Positions 18,605 to 28,239 of a stretch of DNA of 64,000 nucleotides are shown here, in pieces. Made by a program: the position numbers and the translations under genes. Position 1 is the first letter of the stretch; every line of letters begins with the position of its first letter. This DNA is from an uncultured Bacteroidota bacterium (lineage in GTDB: Bacteria > Bacteroidota > Ignavibacteria > UBA10030 > UBA6906), in assembly GCA_963734955.1 (NCBI GenBank), contig CAVTJO010000007.1, forward strand, positions 333,567 through 397,566, written 5' to 3'. The notes beneath the pieces were generated by a model. The model saw only the letters and a program-made list of their open reading frames with translations. It ran no database searches and was not told the DNA's origin.

Positions 18605-20656
18605 GTGCGACTAAAACGTATCGTGATTGGCATCCTCGTTGCAGGCATTATCGCCGCCGTCGCGGTGATCATCTGGGCGCGCATCGTTCCCACTTTTGAT
18701 GACATCCTTCCCGGACAATCATACGACAACTCCTGGTTGCAACTGCGCAGCGAGGGGAAGACACTGCAACCGATTCTACTTGTCATCGACACAACTGATG
18801 CGAATCCTTTCTCCAGGTACATTGCAGAGATTCTGCGAGCCGAGGGAATTCTCACATTTGAAACGTGGAATCTTGCCAGCGGCCCGCTTGATAGTTCTGT
18901 GATCCCGCAGTATCAATTAATTATCACTGCCACGCCATCTCGTCAACTGATATCGCTGAAAAGTGATCTTGACGCATGGGTCCGACGTGGCGGCCGGCTC
19001 TTGATGGTTGCACCCCCACAGGATTTTGACACAATCCTGGGTGTTCGGACCGCCGGGTCCTCCAGCACCGATGGCTATGTTCAGTTTGACACTACACAGC
19101 CAATGGCGGGAAACCTCTCATGTACTCCTATTCAATTTTTTGGTCACACAGTCAATCTGCAGCCCACGTCAGCGACTGTCCTAGCGAGGTTATCGAAGAG
19201 GAAAGAAGGCCCCTTTACGATACCAGCTGCGGGTGTTGACACCTGTGGACTGGGAAGAACCGGTTTTCTCTCCTATGATCTCGGCACAACGGTGGTGACC
19301 TTGCGTCAAGGCAGGCCGCCACAAAGTGTTCCTGCCAGGTCCGTCGATCGTGACGGAGATGGTGTGTTCAAGACGACAGATCTGTACTATGATTCGTTTG
19401 ACTACTCCAACACCACCATTCCCCAGGCTGATCTTCAGCAATCACTCTTCGCCAGAATGATCTTCGATCTCCTCTTGCCGGAGTATGTTATCCCGCGCAT
19501 ATGGTACTTCCCGGATGGCAAACCGTGTGTGGCGCTGCTCACAGGTGATCATCATGGACAGAACTGGCATCATGAAATTGAGAATGTGGCCGAATACATA
19601 GAGTCAAAAGGAGGTCGTTTTACGTTCCTTGTCTACCCGGACATGATCAACACGGGATTGGTGCACGATCTGGTGAACCGCGGACACGATGTTGAGCCCC
19701 ATCTCTACTATCCCCGACCATCAAATCGATTGATGCGCGCCAGGCTCTTTGCCGCGAACTGGTTCTCCTCAGGGTATTTCTTTCGCCCACGATACGCGGA
19801 GCTGGAGGAAGAGATCCAGTCCGGGCTCCGAAACTTTGATGCACTGGGCATTGGTTCCCCCACCCTGACCCGCACGCACTATCTTGTGTGGCTCGGGTGG
19901 TCTGAAACCCCGAAGCTGTTTGCGCAACAGGGGGTTCGCTTTGATTTGTCCATCAGTGGGGTGGACCCGCACTACCAAGAGCGACCCGGAGGCAGCGACC
20001 AATGGAACTCTCCGATGGGTTATGGGTACATCAATGGTTCCGGACGTCCGATGCGATTCATCGATACTCGCGGCAGACTGATACCGCTTTACACACAACT
20101 GACCCAATTCGAAGATGACGTAACAGCCAGGGAGGTCATGCCCAACCCACCGAATGATAGTGCCACGACAGCCGGTGAGATAGCTGTCAGCAAGCGCTTT
20201 GTTGATGAAAGTGTGAGTCGCTACCACACAACACTCGTATGGAACTTTCACCCCGAACACACGACACTTCGCTGGCCACCGGAGGCACCAACGACATGGC
20301 CCTGGTTCAAGGCCACGGTCGATTACCTTGCCAGCAAAGGAATACCGATGCTTCCGGCAAAGGAGTGGCTTCGCTTCACCACCGCGCGTTCGAATGTACA
20401 CATTGGAAAGATTATTTACAATCCGTCGAAAAGAAGTGGCTCGTTTACCATCTCTTCCGGAATGTCCGTTGCCGGCCTGACACTCCTCATTCCCCTTGCT
20501 CCGGCTTCAGCGTCTGGATTACCTTTTGAACTGCATGAGAAGCCTCCGGCCTTGAGCTCTGAACCCTGCGAGGCGACAGTCGATGGTATGCATTGCATCC
20601 AGATTGTCTTGGACCTTGCCGCGAACACACCCATCGAAGTAGAGTTTAGGTTCTAG
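18605..20656 (+). CDS. Membrane-anchored protein with glutamine amidotransferase-like and NodB/CE4-like domains
   Basis: N-terminal TM anchor; NPFSRYIAEILRAEG, WVRRGGRLL, PRIWYFPDG...LLTGDHHG and RTHYLVW resemble glycan-locus deacetylase-like proteins. Confidence 0.5.
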   Translation: MRLKRIVIGILVAGIIAAVAVIIWARIVPTFDDILPGQSYDNSWLQLRSEGKTLQPILLVIDTTDANPFSRYIAEILRAEGILTFETWNLASGPLDSSVIPQYQLIITATPSRQLISLKSDLDAWVRRGGRLLMVAPPQDFDTILGVRTAGSSSTDGYVQFDTTQPMAGNLSCTPIQFFGHTVNLQPTSATVLARLSKRKEGPFTIPAAGVDTCGLGRTGFLSYDLGTTVVTLRQGRPPQSVPARSVDRDGDGVFKTTDLYYDSFDYSNTTIPQADLQQSLFARMIFDLLLPEYVIPRIWYFPDGKPCVALLTGDHHGQNWHHEIENVAEYIESKGGRFTFLVYPDMINTGLVHDLVNRGHDVEPHLYYPRPSNRLMRARLFAANWFSSGYFFRPRYAELEEEIQSGLRNFDALGIGSPTLTRTHYLVWLGWSETPKLFAQQGVRFDLSISGVDPHYQERPGGSDQWNSPMGYGYINGSGRPMRFIDTRGRLIPLYTQLTQFEDDVTAREVMPNPPNDSATTAGEIAVSKRFVDESVSRYHTTLVWNFHPEHTTLRWPPEAPTTWPWFKATVDYLASKGIPMLPAKEWLRFTTARSNVHIGKIIYNPSKRSGSFTISSGMSVAGLTLLIPLAPASASGLPFELHEKPPALSSEPCEATVDGMHCIQIVLDLAANTPIEVEFRF

Positions 20657-20775
20657 CACACTCCGAAAAAAGGATCGATTCACGGCATCTCAGGAACCAC
20701 TTGAAGCGAAGGGTGCTTGATCGCTCCTTTCCGATCAACCCAGCCTTAGCTTGATTCTCCTAAGAATATCGTGAC

Positions 20776-20896
20776 AACATTGTAGAATCATTGGAGTAAC
20801 ATTGTAACAACATTGTAGGAACATTGGAGGAAGATTGTAACAACATTGGAGTAACATTGGAAGAACATTGGAGGAAGCTTGTGGGAACATTGTGGA
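20776..20896. repeat. Tandem array of 11 imperfect 11-bp units, consensus AACATTG(T/G)ARN
   Basis: aacattgtaga atcattggagt aacattgtaac aacattgtagg aacattggagg aagattgtaac aacattggagt aacattggaag aacattggagg aagcttgtggg aacattgtgga. Confidence 0.92.
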
Positions 20897-21047
20897 ATGT
20901 CCAAAGGATCCCCGATGGTTTCTCCGAACCAGATTCTTGAGCATTGAGCAGAGAGCTTTGCGAAAATGGCCTTACCGTTTCGTGTTTTTCCCCGAGATTG
21001 TGCTGGTCAACAGAGATGGCGGTTCATCAGCCAGGGAGGATAGGGCA

Positions 21048-21704
21048 TTACCACACTGCTTTTCTGCAGTAGAACCCCTCGGCGTACTTTCCGGGCGCGG
21101 TCGACTCCATTCCTCGCAGACGGGCGAGAGCAAGGAAGGTTTCCTGATCAAACCAGTGTTTCCCTCTCTGGGATGCGAAGCTGTCCATGATGTAGCTGTT
21201 GCGCTTTTTGCAGATGACCTCGTCGAGATGCACAAAGAAATTCGGACTGCCGAGATCCCCATCATACTTCGGGATTTCGTACTCGAGAATGAAGTGGTCC
21301 CGGTACGTATTCCAGGTGAGCTCCGAGATTATCCTGTGGTCCTGGTGCCTGTCGTCGCGGTAGTGGGTAAAGATTAAGTCCGGGCTGAACGTCTTCTTGA
21401 GTTGTTCAAACGAGTCCTTGATGGTTCCACCGACGTACGGGAAGAAGCCATCACGGTGGCTGTCGATAACGATCGTCTTTTGTTTTGCTCCTTGCAGAAA
21501 CAACTCCGCGCATGAATGTTCCTCGCGTGCTCTGTCCGGAGTTGAGCTGAAAACCGCCCAGTGAAATTGCAATTCTCCCTTGAAGCGGTCAATCAGAGTA
21601 AGAATGGTACCGCCGCAGCCGATTTCGATGTCATCGCAGTGAGCACCGAGGCAGAGGACTTTGAGTGGGGCGGAAGCAGGCTTTCCAAACGTTGTTTTCA
21701 GCAT
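21048..21704 (-). CDS. PIG-L/LmbE-family deacetylase
   Basis: LGAHCDDIEIGCGG metal motif, SHRDGFFP, DRHQDH and YEIPKYDGDLG. Confidence 0.9.
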   Translation of the reverse strand: MLKTTFGKPASAPLKVLCLGAHCDDIEIGCGGTILTLIDRFKGELQFHWAVFSSTPDRAREEHSCAELFLQGAKQKTIVIDSHRDGFFPYVGGTIKDSFEQLKKTFSPDLIFTHYRDDRHQDHRIISELTWNTYRDHFILEYEIPKYDGDLGSPNFFVHLDEVICKKRNSYIMDSFASQRGKHWFDQETFLALARLRGMESTAPGKYAEGFYCRKAVW

Positions 21705-21834
21705 TGTGTATAAAACCTATTTTGAATATTCCTATTGATTCATATTGTCAAGTTCGAAGGTGCTTATTTCTTCAGGAATGATGGGAATAGCTGGTGAGAC
21801 GCGGATGCAAAATTGGAATGTTCAAGAGCGTTCG

Positions 21835-24519
21835 TCAATGTTTTTGTTTGGATGGTAAGTTGATTGGTTTTGTACTCTTGGGACTCTGGTGATTAGTCGG
21901 GGATCCCGATGATAGTATAATTATCCCAGGGGCTGCCGTCTTTACCCAATACCCCTTGCCGCCAAGCATTGTCGCAGCGATTCTATATCTCGCCGCATAC
22001 TCGAAAAAGTCTGATCGTCGTATTCCTGGCGGGATCGTGACAATTGTAGCCATATCAACCAGTCCGTAGGCAGAACCGATCAGGTTCCAACCTGTCTCAA
22101 CGTTGATAGTGTCAATTGGATGAGGAATACCAGTAATATTGATTTCCTGTGTTGAATCGAATTTGAGCCAGTATCCAGGCATACTGCTCAGTGTATCAGC
22201 ACGAGCATATCCGGTTCCAGGATCGAATGCAAACGTGTCCGAGGCGGACGTGGGGAAAAGGGTTGCTTTCCTGCTGTCAAAGACTGTCAGCGGTACTGAG
22301 ATGAGATTCCAAGCCCCTGCTATTTGATACTGCTGAGTTGCTTCCAATGCTGTGGTGAACATCCAAGGTTCGGACCAGGGGCTGATTCCGGCAACGTTAC
22401 GTGCGTTCACGCGCCAATAATAAGTCAAGGAATCGGAAAGAGAAGTTACTCGGCGCGTAGTGTCTGTAATGGTAGAATCGTCAATTACTTGTGAGGCAAA
22501 CAGTGAATCGGGCGAGACTTGAAGGCGATACTCTGCGGCAGAACTTGAAGGGTGCCAAGATAGAACCAATGTTGATAGTTGATTGACAGAGGCATCTGCG
22601 GGTGAGAACAATGCCGGTGCATCAGGTGCTGCTGGCGCTGTGGTAAATTGCCGGTGTTCCGACCATGAGCTTGATCCCGAAAGACCCCTTGCCATCACTC
22701 TCCAAAAGTACATGGTGGAGTGTTCGAGAGGTCCTACTTCCCTTAGGGTTTCTGCAACTGTAGAGTCATCGGAAACGATTGAGGAGAACGAAGAATCCAA
22801 CGACAATTGGACGCGGTATTCCGTGGCGCCAATAGGCTGGCTCCAGCTGATCGTCAGTACGATCGGCAAGTTCGTTGCACCGTCCGTTGGAAACAGCAAG
22901 GATGGTGACGCAAGAGACGTAGTAAAGGGCCATGTAGGAGAGAAAGGGCTTGTCCCACCTGTATTTGTTGCGTTGACATGCCAGAAGTATTGTGTGTTGT
23001 TGGCAAGCCCGGTCGCATGGTAGGATGTGGTTGGGATACCGCTTTGGTTTATCACCGTAGTTCCCCATGAAGAGTCTTGGGACACCTGCAGTCGGTAGGA
23101 TGTTGCACCGGTTGACGGGTTCCATGCGAATGTCGGGTTTGTTGCTACTCCCGTCGCTCCGTTAGCTGGTGTTGCCAGCAGAGGTGGTGACGGTGGTGTC
23201 AGGGATAAGTCCACACCCGGTGGCGGATAATTCATCACCTTGGCGTCCAGCACTAGTACCCAATCGCCTGATGCTGGTGTGTAGTTGTGTGATGCTCTCG
23301 ATTGGATGCCGAGGTCTATTGTAGTTCCGTCTGCTGGGTTGAACCACCATGCATGAGTTGAATCGCCTTTGAGTTTTGTACTTGTCACTGTCACCTGTCG
23401 AGAAGATGGCATGTAGACCATCATTGTTGTTGAGTCGGAAGCGTATGCACACAAAGCATAAGATGTCCCAGAGCCCATTCCCCCCGTCAATACTTGATTA
23501 CTCGTATCGGGGATAAAATTAAACCAATTTCTATTGCGAACAAGTCCCCCAATCCATTTTGCGTTGATATGTCCCTGCGAATTCAGGTTGTTATACCAAT
23601 GTCCATTGCACGAGTATGGATAGGCGTGATCGAATCCCCACACAGGACAGTTACCGAATACCTGCCCAGCTCCACCCCAGATGGTACACCAATACATCGC
23701 CGAACGGAGTTCCACCTGCGTTGTCACATGGCCAAGAGGACTCTCGTTCTCGTAATATGTCTCCGAGAGAATGAATGGCTTAGCTGGAGTGCGATTGTAG
23801 CAATCATTAGCATATCCAAATTGACTGTCGGAATGGTACGAATAATAGCTGTTTAGCGTTTGCCATGATTCTGTTACGCTATTCCAATGGCTATCTCCCG
23901 TCGTCTCAACTTCATCGCGGGTTGAAATCAGATGACTGTCTCCCGTGGATTTTACCCCAGCCACCAGCGAATCAAGTTTGGCTCTGTATGCTGACGGATT
24001 TGTGTCACCCCCTACTGCCCAAACAATGTTTGTTGAGTCCTTCCACCTGTTGCCAAGATACTGCCCCCAAGCTTTCATTTGTGCCGTAGTTGAAGCGTTG
24101 GTTTCGCCCGAAAATCCCTGCGAGCCATCATACCCCAAATAATCCACATACAGATGGAGGTAGATACCCTTTGTTTTGGCATATGCTATGATGCTATCAC
24201 AATGTGCGAAGTAGGGTTCATTTGGCATTGAGGCAAATGTCTGGCTTCCAACCCACGGATTGACGCCATAGACGTTGGCGGGCCCCCCAAACTTCGCGAC
24301 AATCATCACCTCGAGAAAATTAATCCCGTGTGTGAAGCAAGAGTCAAGATACCGCTTTGCCTCCATGAAGGTTACATTTACGAAGAGTGTCCACCCAGCC
24401 GATCCATTGAGGTATACCGGGGCCCCACCCGGTTCCATCAGGTAATGATCATTTGCCGATACCTGCAGTTGGGCAACGGCACAGGTCGTTATCAACGACA
24501 GCAGAATAAGAATCTTCAT
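21835..24519 (-). CDS. Secreted DUF4038 (GH140-like) hydrolase + collagen-binding-like domain + 3 Fn3-like repeats + tandem WNL-GYW domain; no T9SS CTD
   Basis: Signal peptide; NEPYFAHCDSII, IVWAVGGD, KPFILSETYYE, WWFNPADG; three ...YFW/YYWRV Fn3 units; GAWNLISVP...GYWLK and GWNLIG...GKGYWVK. Confidence 0.72.
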   Translation of the reverse strand: MKILILLSLITTCAVAQLQVSANDHYLMEPGGAPVYLNGSAGWTLFVNVTFMEAKRYLDSCFTHGINFLEVMIVAKFGGPANVYGVNPWVGSQTFASMPNEPYFAHCDSIIAYAKTKGIYLHLYVDYLGYDGSQGFSGETNASTTAQMKAWGQYLGNRWKDSTNIVWAVGGDTNPSAYRAKLDSLVAGVKSTGDSHLISTRDEVETTGDSHWNSVTESWQTLNSYYSYHSDSQFGYANDCYNRTPAKPFILSETYYENESPLGHVTTQVELRSAMYWCTIWGGAGQVFGNCPVWGFDHAYPYSCNGHWYNNLNSQGHINAKWIGGLVRNRNWFNFIPDTSNQVLTGGMGSGTSYALCAYASDSTTMMVYMPSSRQVTVTSTKLKGDSTHAWWFNPADGTTIDLGIQSRASHNYTPASGDWVLVLDAKVMNYPPPGVDLSLTPPSPPLLATPANGATGVATNPTFAWNPSTGATSYRLQVSQDSSWGTTVINQSGIPTTSYHATGLANNTQYFWHVNATNTGGTSPFSPTWPFTTSLASPSLLFPTDGATNLPIVLTISWSQPIGATEYRVQLSLDSSFSSIVSDDSTVAETLREVGPLEHSTMYFWRVMARGLSGSSSWSEHRQFTTAPAAPDAPALFSPADASVNQLSTLVLSWHPSSSAAEYRLQVSPDSLFASQVIDDSTITDTTRRVTSLSDSLTYYWRVNARNVAGISPWSEPWMFTTALEATQQYQIAGAWNLISVPLTVFDSRKATLFPTSASDTFAFDPGTGYARADTLSSMPGYWLKFDSTQEINITGIPHPIDTINVETGWNLIGSAYGLVDMATIVTIPPGIRRSDFFEYAARYRIAATMLGGKGYWVKTAAPGIIILSSGSPTNHQSPKSTKPINLPSKQKH
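22981..24480. repeat. 1,500-bp direct repeat, copy A (mature DUF4038 core)
   Basis: Same sequence as 25248..26747 (offset 2,267) at every position spot-checked; the ORFs in alternative frames are also identical. Confidence 0.9.
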
Positions 24520-24869
24520 TGGCTTTTCTCACTCCGAATAAGAGCATTCTACTTACGTGCCAGGAATTAGAAAGGGGCAGCGCACGGGAGAGGTGTAGCG
24601 CCCATCCAGCATATTACAGGGCAGGCGTTCTCATTTGGGTTTTCGTAGCCGGTCTTGAGATGAGCCGCCGTTTGGATGTGTGTTTCGTTGTATTGTCTTT
24701 TGCACAGAATGTAAGACCAGATACCTGTAGAAGCGAAGGCAGTGCCTTTTTCTTCTGCATGAAAGCTGAGTCCGCCGGTATCAGTGTTAACCATGCTTGT
24801 CTGGAAAGACAGAGAACGCCGCGATTCCATTTCCAAGAAACCAAGAGGGTCTGATCCAACACGCTATGG

Positions 24870-26807
24870 TTATCGAAGAACCAACATCTTCCTCACGCTA
24901 ACTACCTTCTCTACTTGCAGCCGACACAGATACATGCCAGAACTCACCTTGTGTCCCATATTATCGCTTCCGTCCCACGAAACTGAATGAGACCCTGGCT
25001 CTTGGATACGCGAGACCAAGGTGCGTACCCTTTGTCCCAACGTATTCAAAACCTCCAGAGTAACGTAGGTTGCGTAAGGGATATCGTACGATATAGTCGT
25101 TAAAGGATTGAATGGGTCTGGATAGTTTTGGTTCAGCTGGAGAATTCGTGGCGCTTTTATGTTGTCGCTTATCCCAGTTACCACGGTAGTGAATGACCAA
25201 GTATTGGAGAAACTGCTCACTCCCGCTTCATTTGAAGCTCTCGCCCTCCAGAAGTATTGTGTGTTGTTGGCAAGCCCGGTCGCATGGTAGGATGTGGTTG
25301 GGATACCGCTTTGGTTTATCACCGTAGTTCCCCATGAAGAGTCTTGGGACACCTGCAGTCGGTAGGATGTTGCACCGGTTGACGGGTTCCATGCGAATGT
25401 CGGGTTTGTTGCTACTCCCGTCGCTCCGTTAGCTGGTGTTGCCAGCAGAGGTGGTGACGGTGGTGTCAGGGATAAGTCCACACCCGGTGGCGGATAATTC
25501 ATCACCTTGGCGTCCAGCACTAGTACCCAATCGCCTGATGCTGGTGTGTAGTTGTGTGATGCTCTCGATTGGATGCCGAGGTCTATTGTAGTTCCGTCTG
25601 CTGGGTTGAACCACCATGCATGAGTTGAATCGCCTTTGAGTTTTGTACTTGTCACTGTCACCTGTCGAGAAGATGGCATGTAGACCATCATTGTTGTTGA
25701 GTCGGAAGCGTATGCACACAAAGCATAAGATGTCCCAGAGCCCATTCCCCCCGTCAATACTTGATTACTCGTATCGGGGATAAAATTAAACCAATTTCTA
25801 TTGCGAACAAGTCCCCCAATCCATTTTGCGTTGATATGTCCCTGCGAATTCAGGTTGTTATACCAATGTCCATTGCACGAGTATGGATAGGCGTGATCGA
25901 ATCCCCACACAGGACAGTTACCGAATACCTGCCCAGCTCCACCCCAGATGGTACACCAATACATCGCCGAACGGAGTTCCACCTGCGTTGTCACATGGCC
26001 AAGAGGACTCTCGTTCTCGTAATATGTCTCCGAGAGAATGAATGGCTTAGCTGGAGTGCGATTGTAGCAATCATTAGCATATCCAAATTGACTGTCGGAA
26101 TGGTACGAATAATAGCTGTTTAGCGTTTGCCATGATTCTGTTACGCTATTCCAATGGCTATCTCCCGTCGTCTCAACTTCATCGCGGGTTGAAATCAGAT
26201 GACTGTCTCCCGTGGATTTTACCCCAGCCACCAGCGAATCAAGTTTGGCTCTGTATGCTGACGGATTTGTGTCACCCCCTACTGCCCAAACAATGTTTGT
26301 TGAGTCCTTCCACCTGTTGCCAAGATACTGCCCCCAAGCTTTCATTTGTGCCGTAGTTGAAGCGTTGGTTTCGCCCGAAAATCCCTGCGAGCCATCATAC
26401 CCCAAATAATCCACATACAGATGGAGGTAGATACCCTTTGTTTTGGCATATGCTATGATGCTATCACAATGTGCGAAGTAGGGTTCATTTGGCATTGAGG
26501 CAAATGTCTGGCTTCCAACCCACGGATTGACGCCATAGACGTTGGCGGGCCCCCCAAACTTCGCGACAATCATCACCTCGAGAAAATTAATCCCGTGTGT
26601 GAAGCAAGAGTCAAGATACCGCTTTGCCTCCATGAAGGTTACATTTACGAAGAGTGTCCACCCAGCCGATCCATTGAGGTATACCGGGGCCCCACCCGGT
26701 TCCATCAGGTAATGATCATTTGCCGATACCTGCAGTTGGGCAACGGCGGGTTGCCCAGACAACCCAATGAGGGCCCAAAGGATAAATCTGTGCGATGCTT
26801 TCACCAT
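24870..26807 (-). CDS. Secreted DUF4038 (GH140-like) hydrolase + Fn3 + T9SS/FlgD-Ig C-terminal domain
   Basis: Probable start MVKASHR with a signal peptide ending PAVA-Q; core identical to the downstream paralogue; ends LNQNYPDPFNP...SWDG...SSGMY..RKMLVLR. Confidence 0.75.
   Translation of the reverse strand: MVKASHRFILWALIGLSGQPAVAQLQVSANDHYLMEPGGAPVYLNGSAGWTLFVNVTFMEAKRYLDSCFTHGINFLEVMIVAKFGGPANVYGVNPWVGSQTFASMPNEPYFAHCDSIIAYAKTKGIYLHLYVDYLGYDGSQGFSGETNASTTAQMKAWGQYLGNRWKDSTNIVWAVGGDTNPSAYRAKLDSLVAGVKSTGDSHLISTRDEVETTGDSHWNSVTESWQTLNSYYSYHSDSQFGYANDCYNRTPAKPFILSETYYENESPLGHVTTQVELRSAMYWCTIWGGAGQVFGNCPVWGFDHAYPYSCNGHWYNNLNSQGHINAKWIGGLVRNRNWFNFIPDTSNQVLTGGMGSGTSYALCAYASDSTTMMVYMPSSRQVTVTSTKLKGDSTHAWWFNPADGTTIDLGIQSRASHNYTPASGDWVLVLDAKVMNYPPPGVDLSLTPPSPPLLATPANGATGVATNPTFAWNPSTGATSYRLQVSQDSSWGTTVINQSGIPTTSYHATGLANNTQYFWRARASNEAGVSSFSNTWSFTTVVTGISDNIKAPRILQLNQNYPDPFNPLTTISYDIPYATYVTLEVLNTLGQRVRTLVSRIQEPGSHSVSWDGSDNMGHKVSSGMYLCRLQVEKVVSVRKMLVLR
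25248..26747. repeat. 1,500-bp direct repeat, copy B
   Basis: Runs from CCAGAAGTATTGTGTG to GGGCAACGGC, the same boundaries as copy A. Confidence 0.9.
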
Positions 26808-27439
26808 GACGGTATCTTGAATGTTAGAACATTGAAGCAAACTACCCACAACATAAAGAACTCGCACGTCAGAGGCAACGTTATTGGGCTCAGGCTTCCA
26901 AAGTATTGGATGGGAAAGTTGGCAACAGGTATTTGGAGGGAGGGAAATGACAAAATCGAGTAGTGTTATTTGTTTGATTGTTGGAAGATAAATCGCATCA
27001 TTCTGTTCAGGTGCCCACCCCAAGACGGTCTTGTTGGCTCGATTGCACGGAGAAATCCAATCTGCAGCACTTCAAAGAGGTAAGAGTTGTCCCCCTTGGG
27101 AAAGGGACAACCATGGTACCGTCACAGTCGAATGGCTGAGCAGGGTTTGAAGCGCCATTCCTGCAAATTGGACGATGTGTGTGCTCCACCCAATAGACTA
27201 CCTTCCCATCAGGATGTTCCCAATCTTGAGGGTTTGCATTGCACACCCTCAAAGGGCACTTGGACTGAGTCAGGTTATTCTAGTGAGTGAGGATGAGAGA
27301 AGTGAGCGGGTAGGTGTTCTTTCTCGTTTTGCAGAATAGTCTCCCGCTCGAGGAATATGCGAACGAAATGAGGACATGGAGAATTCTGCGACTCTGCTAA
27401 GATGACGGATCAGAAGATGGCGGTGGACCGCCCCGTAGC

Positions 27440-28225
27440 TCACTTAGCAATTCCTTTTTTCCACACCTCCCAAGGGGCATTTCCCTGATTGAACATGTCA
27501 TTGAGTTCTTGTTGCTCTTTGAACGTATCCATGGTCCAGAAGTGGTCGTACTGGTATGTCATGAGCAGACTCTTTTCAATCAGGTGTTGGAACGGCTCCA
27601 GGACGAGTTCCTCCCCTCGGCCAATGTAGTCAAATATTTCTTTTCTGAAAGCAAAGAAGCCAGCGTTCACACGGATACCGGAGTCCCTAACATTCTGAAT
27701 CTTCGCCACGTGATTTCCTTCCACGATTGTAACGATATGGAAGGTTTGCGAAGGAGGTGCAGACATGAAGCCCGCCACTTTCTCACTCTTCATGAAATTG
27801 TCAATCATCGTGGGAAGAGGCATGTCGGTCAGCCCGTCGGAGTAGTTCGCTAGGAATACTTCCTCTCCCTTAAGGTGCTTTTCCACCGCCTTCAATCGCT
27901 CGCCAATGTTCGAACGAATGCCGGTGTCGACGAATGTTATCTTCCAGTCGTGGATATCGCTGCTTTCGAGTTCAATCGCCTTCCCCCCATTTGACATCGT
28001 GAAATCGTTGGACACATACTCTTGGTAATTCAGAAAATAGTCTTTGATCTTGTCCGCCTTGTAGCCAAGGCAGAGGATGAAGTCCTTGTGTCCGTAGTGA
28101 GCGTAGTATTTCATTACATGCCACAAGATTGGCCGATAGCCGATATGAACAAGAGGTTTGGGAATGTTCTCAGAATAATCCCGTAAGCGAGTACCCAAGC
28201 CACCGCAGAACAACACAACCTTCAT
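27440..28225 (-). CDS. rfbF: Glucose-1-phosphate cytidylyltransferase
   Basis: MKVVLFCGGLGTRL...PKPLVHIG.RPILWHVMKYYAHYGHKDFILCLGYK, and MDTFKE near the C-terminus; GGAGG RBS before ATG 28225. Confidence 0.92.
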   Translation of the reverse strand: MKVVLFCGGLGTRLRDYSENIPKPLVHIGYRPILWHVMKYYAHYGHKDFILCLGYKADKIKDYFLNYQEYVSNDFTMSNGGKAIELESSDIHDWKITFVDTGIRSNIGERLKAVEKHLKGEEVFLANYSDGLTDMPLPTMIDNFMKSEKVAGFMSAPPSQTFHIVTIVEGNHVAKIQNVRDSGIRVNAGFFAFRKEIFDYIGRGEELVLEPFQHLIEKSLLMTYQYDHFWTMDTFKEQQELNDMFNQGNAPWEVWKKGIAK

Positions 28226-28239
28226 CCTACCTCCAGATG

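Noticed and set aside
20776-20896. CRISPR array
   Set aside because: The units are 11 bp and contiguous with no unique spacers, and no cas genes are present. The 69-aa antisense ORF over it is a repeat artefact.
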